Shown piece by piece: positions 63,250-64,000 of a stretch of DNA of 64,000 nucleotides. The translations under genes and the position numbers were made by a program. The stretch's first letter is position 1. Each line of letters begins with the position of its first letter. The DNA comes from an uncultured Eubacteriales bacterium (lineage in GTDB: Bacteria > Acidobacteriota > Aminicenantia > Aminicenantales > Aminicenantaceae). Location: NCBI GenBank assembly GCA_964348015.1, contig CAYGBC010000050.1:35643-99642 (forward strand), written 5' to 3'. The notes under the pieces were generated by a model. The model ran no database searches. It had not been told where the DNA came from and saw nothing but the letters and a program-made list of their open reading frames with translations.

Positions 63250-64000
63250 TTACATCAGCTCAGGTTGCGGGATGCCCATCAGAGACAGTGCCTGCCGGAG
63301 CACTTCTTTGATGGTAAAGATCGTCAGGATACGGATGTTTTTCACGTCTGTGTTTTTCTCGGCCAGAATCGAATATTGATGATAATAGGCATTGAACTTC
63401 TGCGAGAGATTGAAAGTGTACTTGGCCAGATGAGAGAATTCCAGAGAGCGGATGGAATGGAGAACTTCCTCTTCAAACTGTGAAGCATAAAAAACAACAT
63501 CCCAGAAATCCGTCAGTTCTTTTTCAGGCAGCTTCTCCAGAGGAATCTCCTCGGCGGAAAGGAGAGCCTGAAGGTCTTTGTCCTCAAAGCCTTCTCTTTC
63601 TTTCAGCTTGCGGAATATGCTGTTGATCCGCACGAGTGTGTACTGGAGATAGGGGCCTGTCTCGCCTTCAAAATTCAAGGCTTCTTCGAAGTCAAAGACG
63701 ATTAGAGAATTTCGGGCAAACTTGAGCATGAAATACCGCAGAGCGCCGACCGAGATGTTCTGGGCGGTTTTCTTTTTGAGGTCTGTGGAGAGTTCCGGGT
63801 TTCTCTTCCCGACTTCCGCCAGAGCCTTTTCTTCGAGCCTGTCCAGGAGGTCATCCGCCTTAACACCTAAGCCTTTTCGCCCGGAGACTTCGAGAAAGTC
63901 CTTGTCCTGGTCATCTTTGGAAATGCTCAGGTCGAGCTCTTTCAGGCTTTTGGGGGAAAGACCCACCATCTCGTAAAAGAAATGAATGGACTTTTCGGCT
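63250..64000 (-). CDS. argS: Arginyl-tRNA synthetase, C-terminal part (5' end lies beyond the window)
   Basis: The C-terminal DALR anticodon-binding domain ends in ..LSLMGIPQPELM, as in ArgRS. The frame stays open upstream of the internal Met at 63969 through to the window edge. Confidence 0.9.
   Translation of the reverse strand, partial: AEKSIHFFYEMVGLSPKSLKELDLSISKDDQDKDFLEVSGRKGLGVKADDLLDRLEEKALAEVGKRNPELSTDLKKKTAQNISVGALRYFMLKFARNSLIVFDFEEALNFEGETGPYLQYTLVRINSIFRKLKEREGFEDKDLQALLSAEEIPLEKLPEKELTDFWDVVFYASQFEEEVLHSIRSLEFSHLAKYTFNLSQKFNAYYHQYSILAEKNTDVKNIRILTIFTIKEVLRQALSLMGIPQPELM

Overview
This is a 64-kb chromosomal segment from a bacterium that appears to have an outer membrane (TorF-like porin, GldG-type ABC system, many signal peptides). 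A guess at an uncultured Acidobacteria/Aminicenantes-like lineage is weak. All calls come from reading motifs by eye; no database search or folding program was run.

Content: about 47 protein genes, two tRNA-Ser genes, and a long Bacillus-type SRP RNA with an Alu domain that the ORF track does not show. I saw no rRNA, transposase, integrase or CRISPR array.

Housekeeping anchors are serS (followed directly by tRNA-Ser UGA and GCU), mutY, a CobO-type adenosyltransferase, a DapA-family lyase, and the 3' part of argS, which runs off the window.

The first 9 kb is a peptide-scavenging neighbourhood. It holds two signal-peptide M42 peptidases (one with degenerate metal ligands), a POT peptide transporter overlapping a YjbQ gene by ATGA, and an M14 carboxypeptidase.

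The unusual part is 24.4-44 kb.
- It contains four paralogs of the TLC (ATP/ADP-translocase) family: two plain ones and two fused to HEAT-repeat domains.
- The plain pair sits among three exported paralogs with a type-II PI4K-like kinase fold (one degenerate), an exported PPP-family phosphatase and a YjiK-like lipoprotein.
- The HEAT-fused pair lies in an apparent operon: STAS antagonist, TLC-HEAT, TLC-HEAT, FHA-GAF-PP2C phosphatase. A PilZ gene and a Hanks kinase lie just upstream, and a lone RsbW-like kinase lies 12 kb away.
- No sigma factor is encoded in the window.
- I propose two linked, undescribed systems: an extracytoplasmic kinase/phosphatase set supplied by nucleotide antiporters, and partner-switching control of TLC-HEAT transporters. 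Both are inference.

Other notable items:
- A 1750-aa surface protein carries 11 pentapeptide repeats (NPAVF) whose DNA units differ only at synonymous positions.
- A bipartite REP-like repeat family (GAGATTGCC..CTCGCAATGACAC) has 7 copies.
- A 151-bp element is bounded by perfect 27-bp inverted repeats.
- serS looks leaderless.
- A nucleobase/sugar-like catabolic cluster is split by a strong terminator.
- A GldA/F/G-like ABC operon includes a DUF4340 gene.
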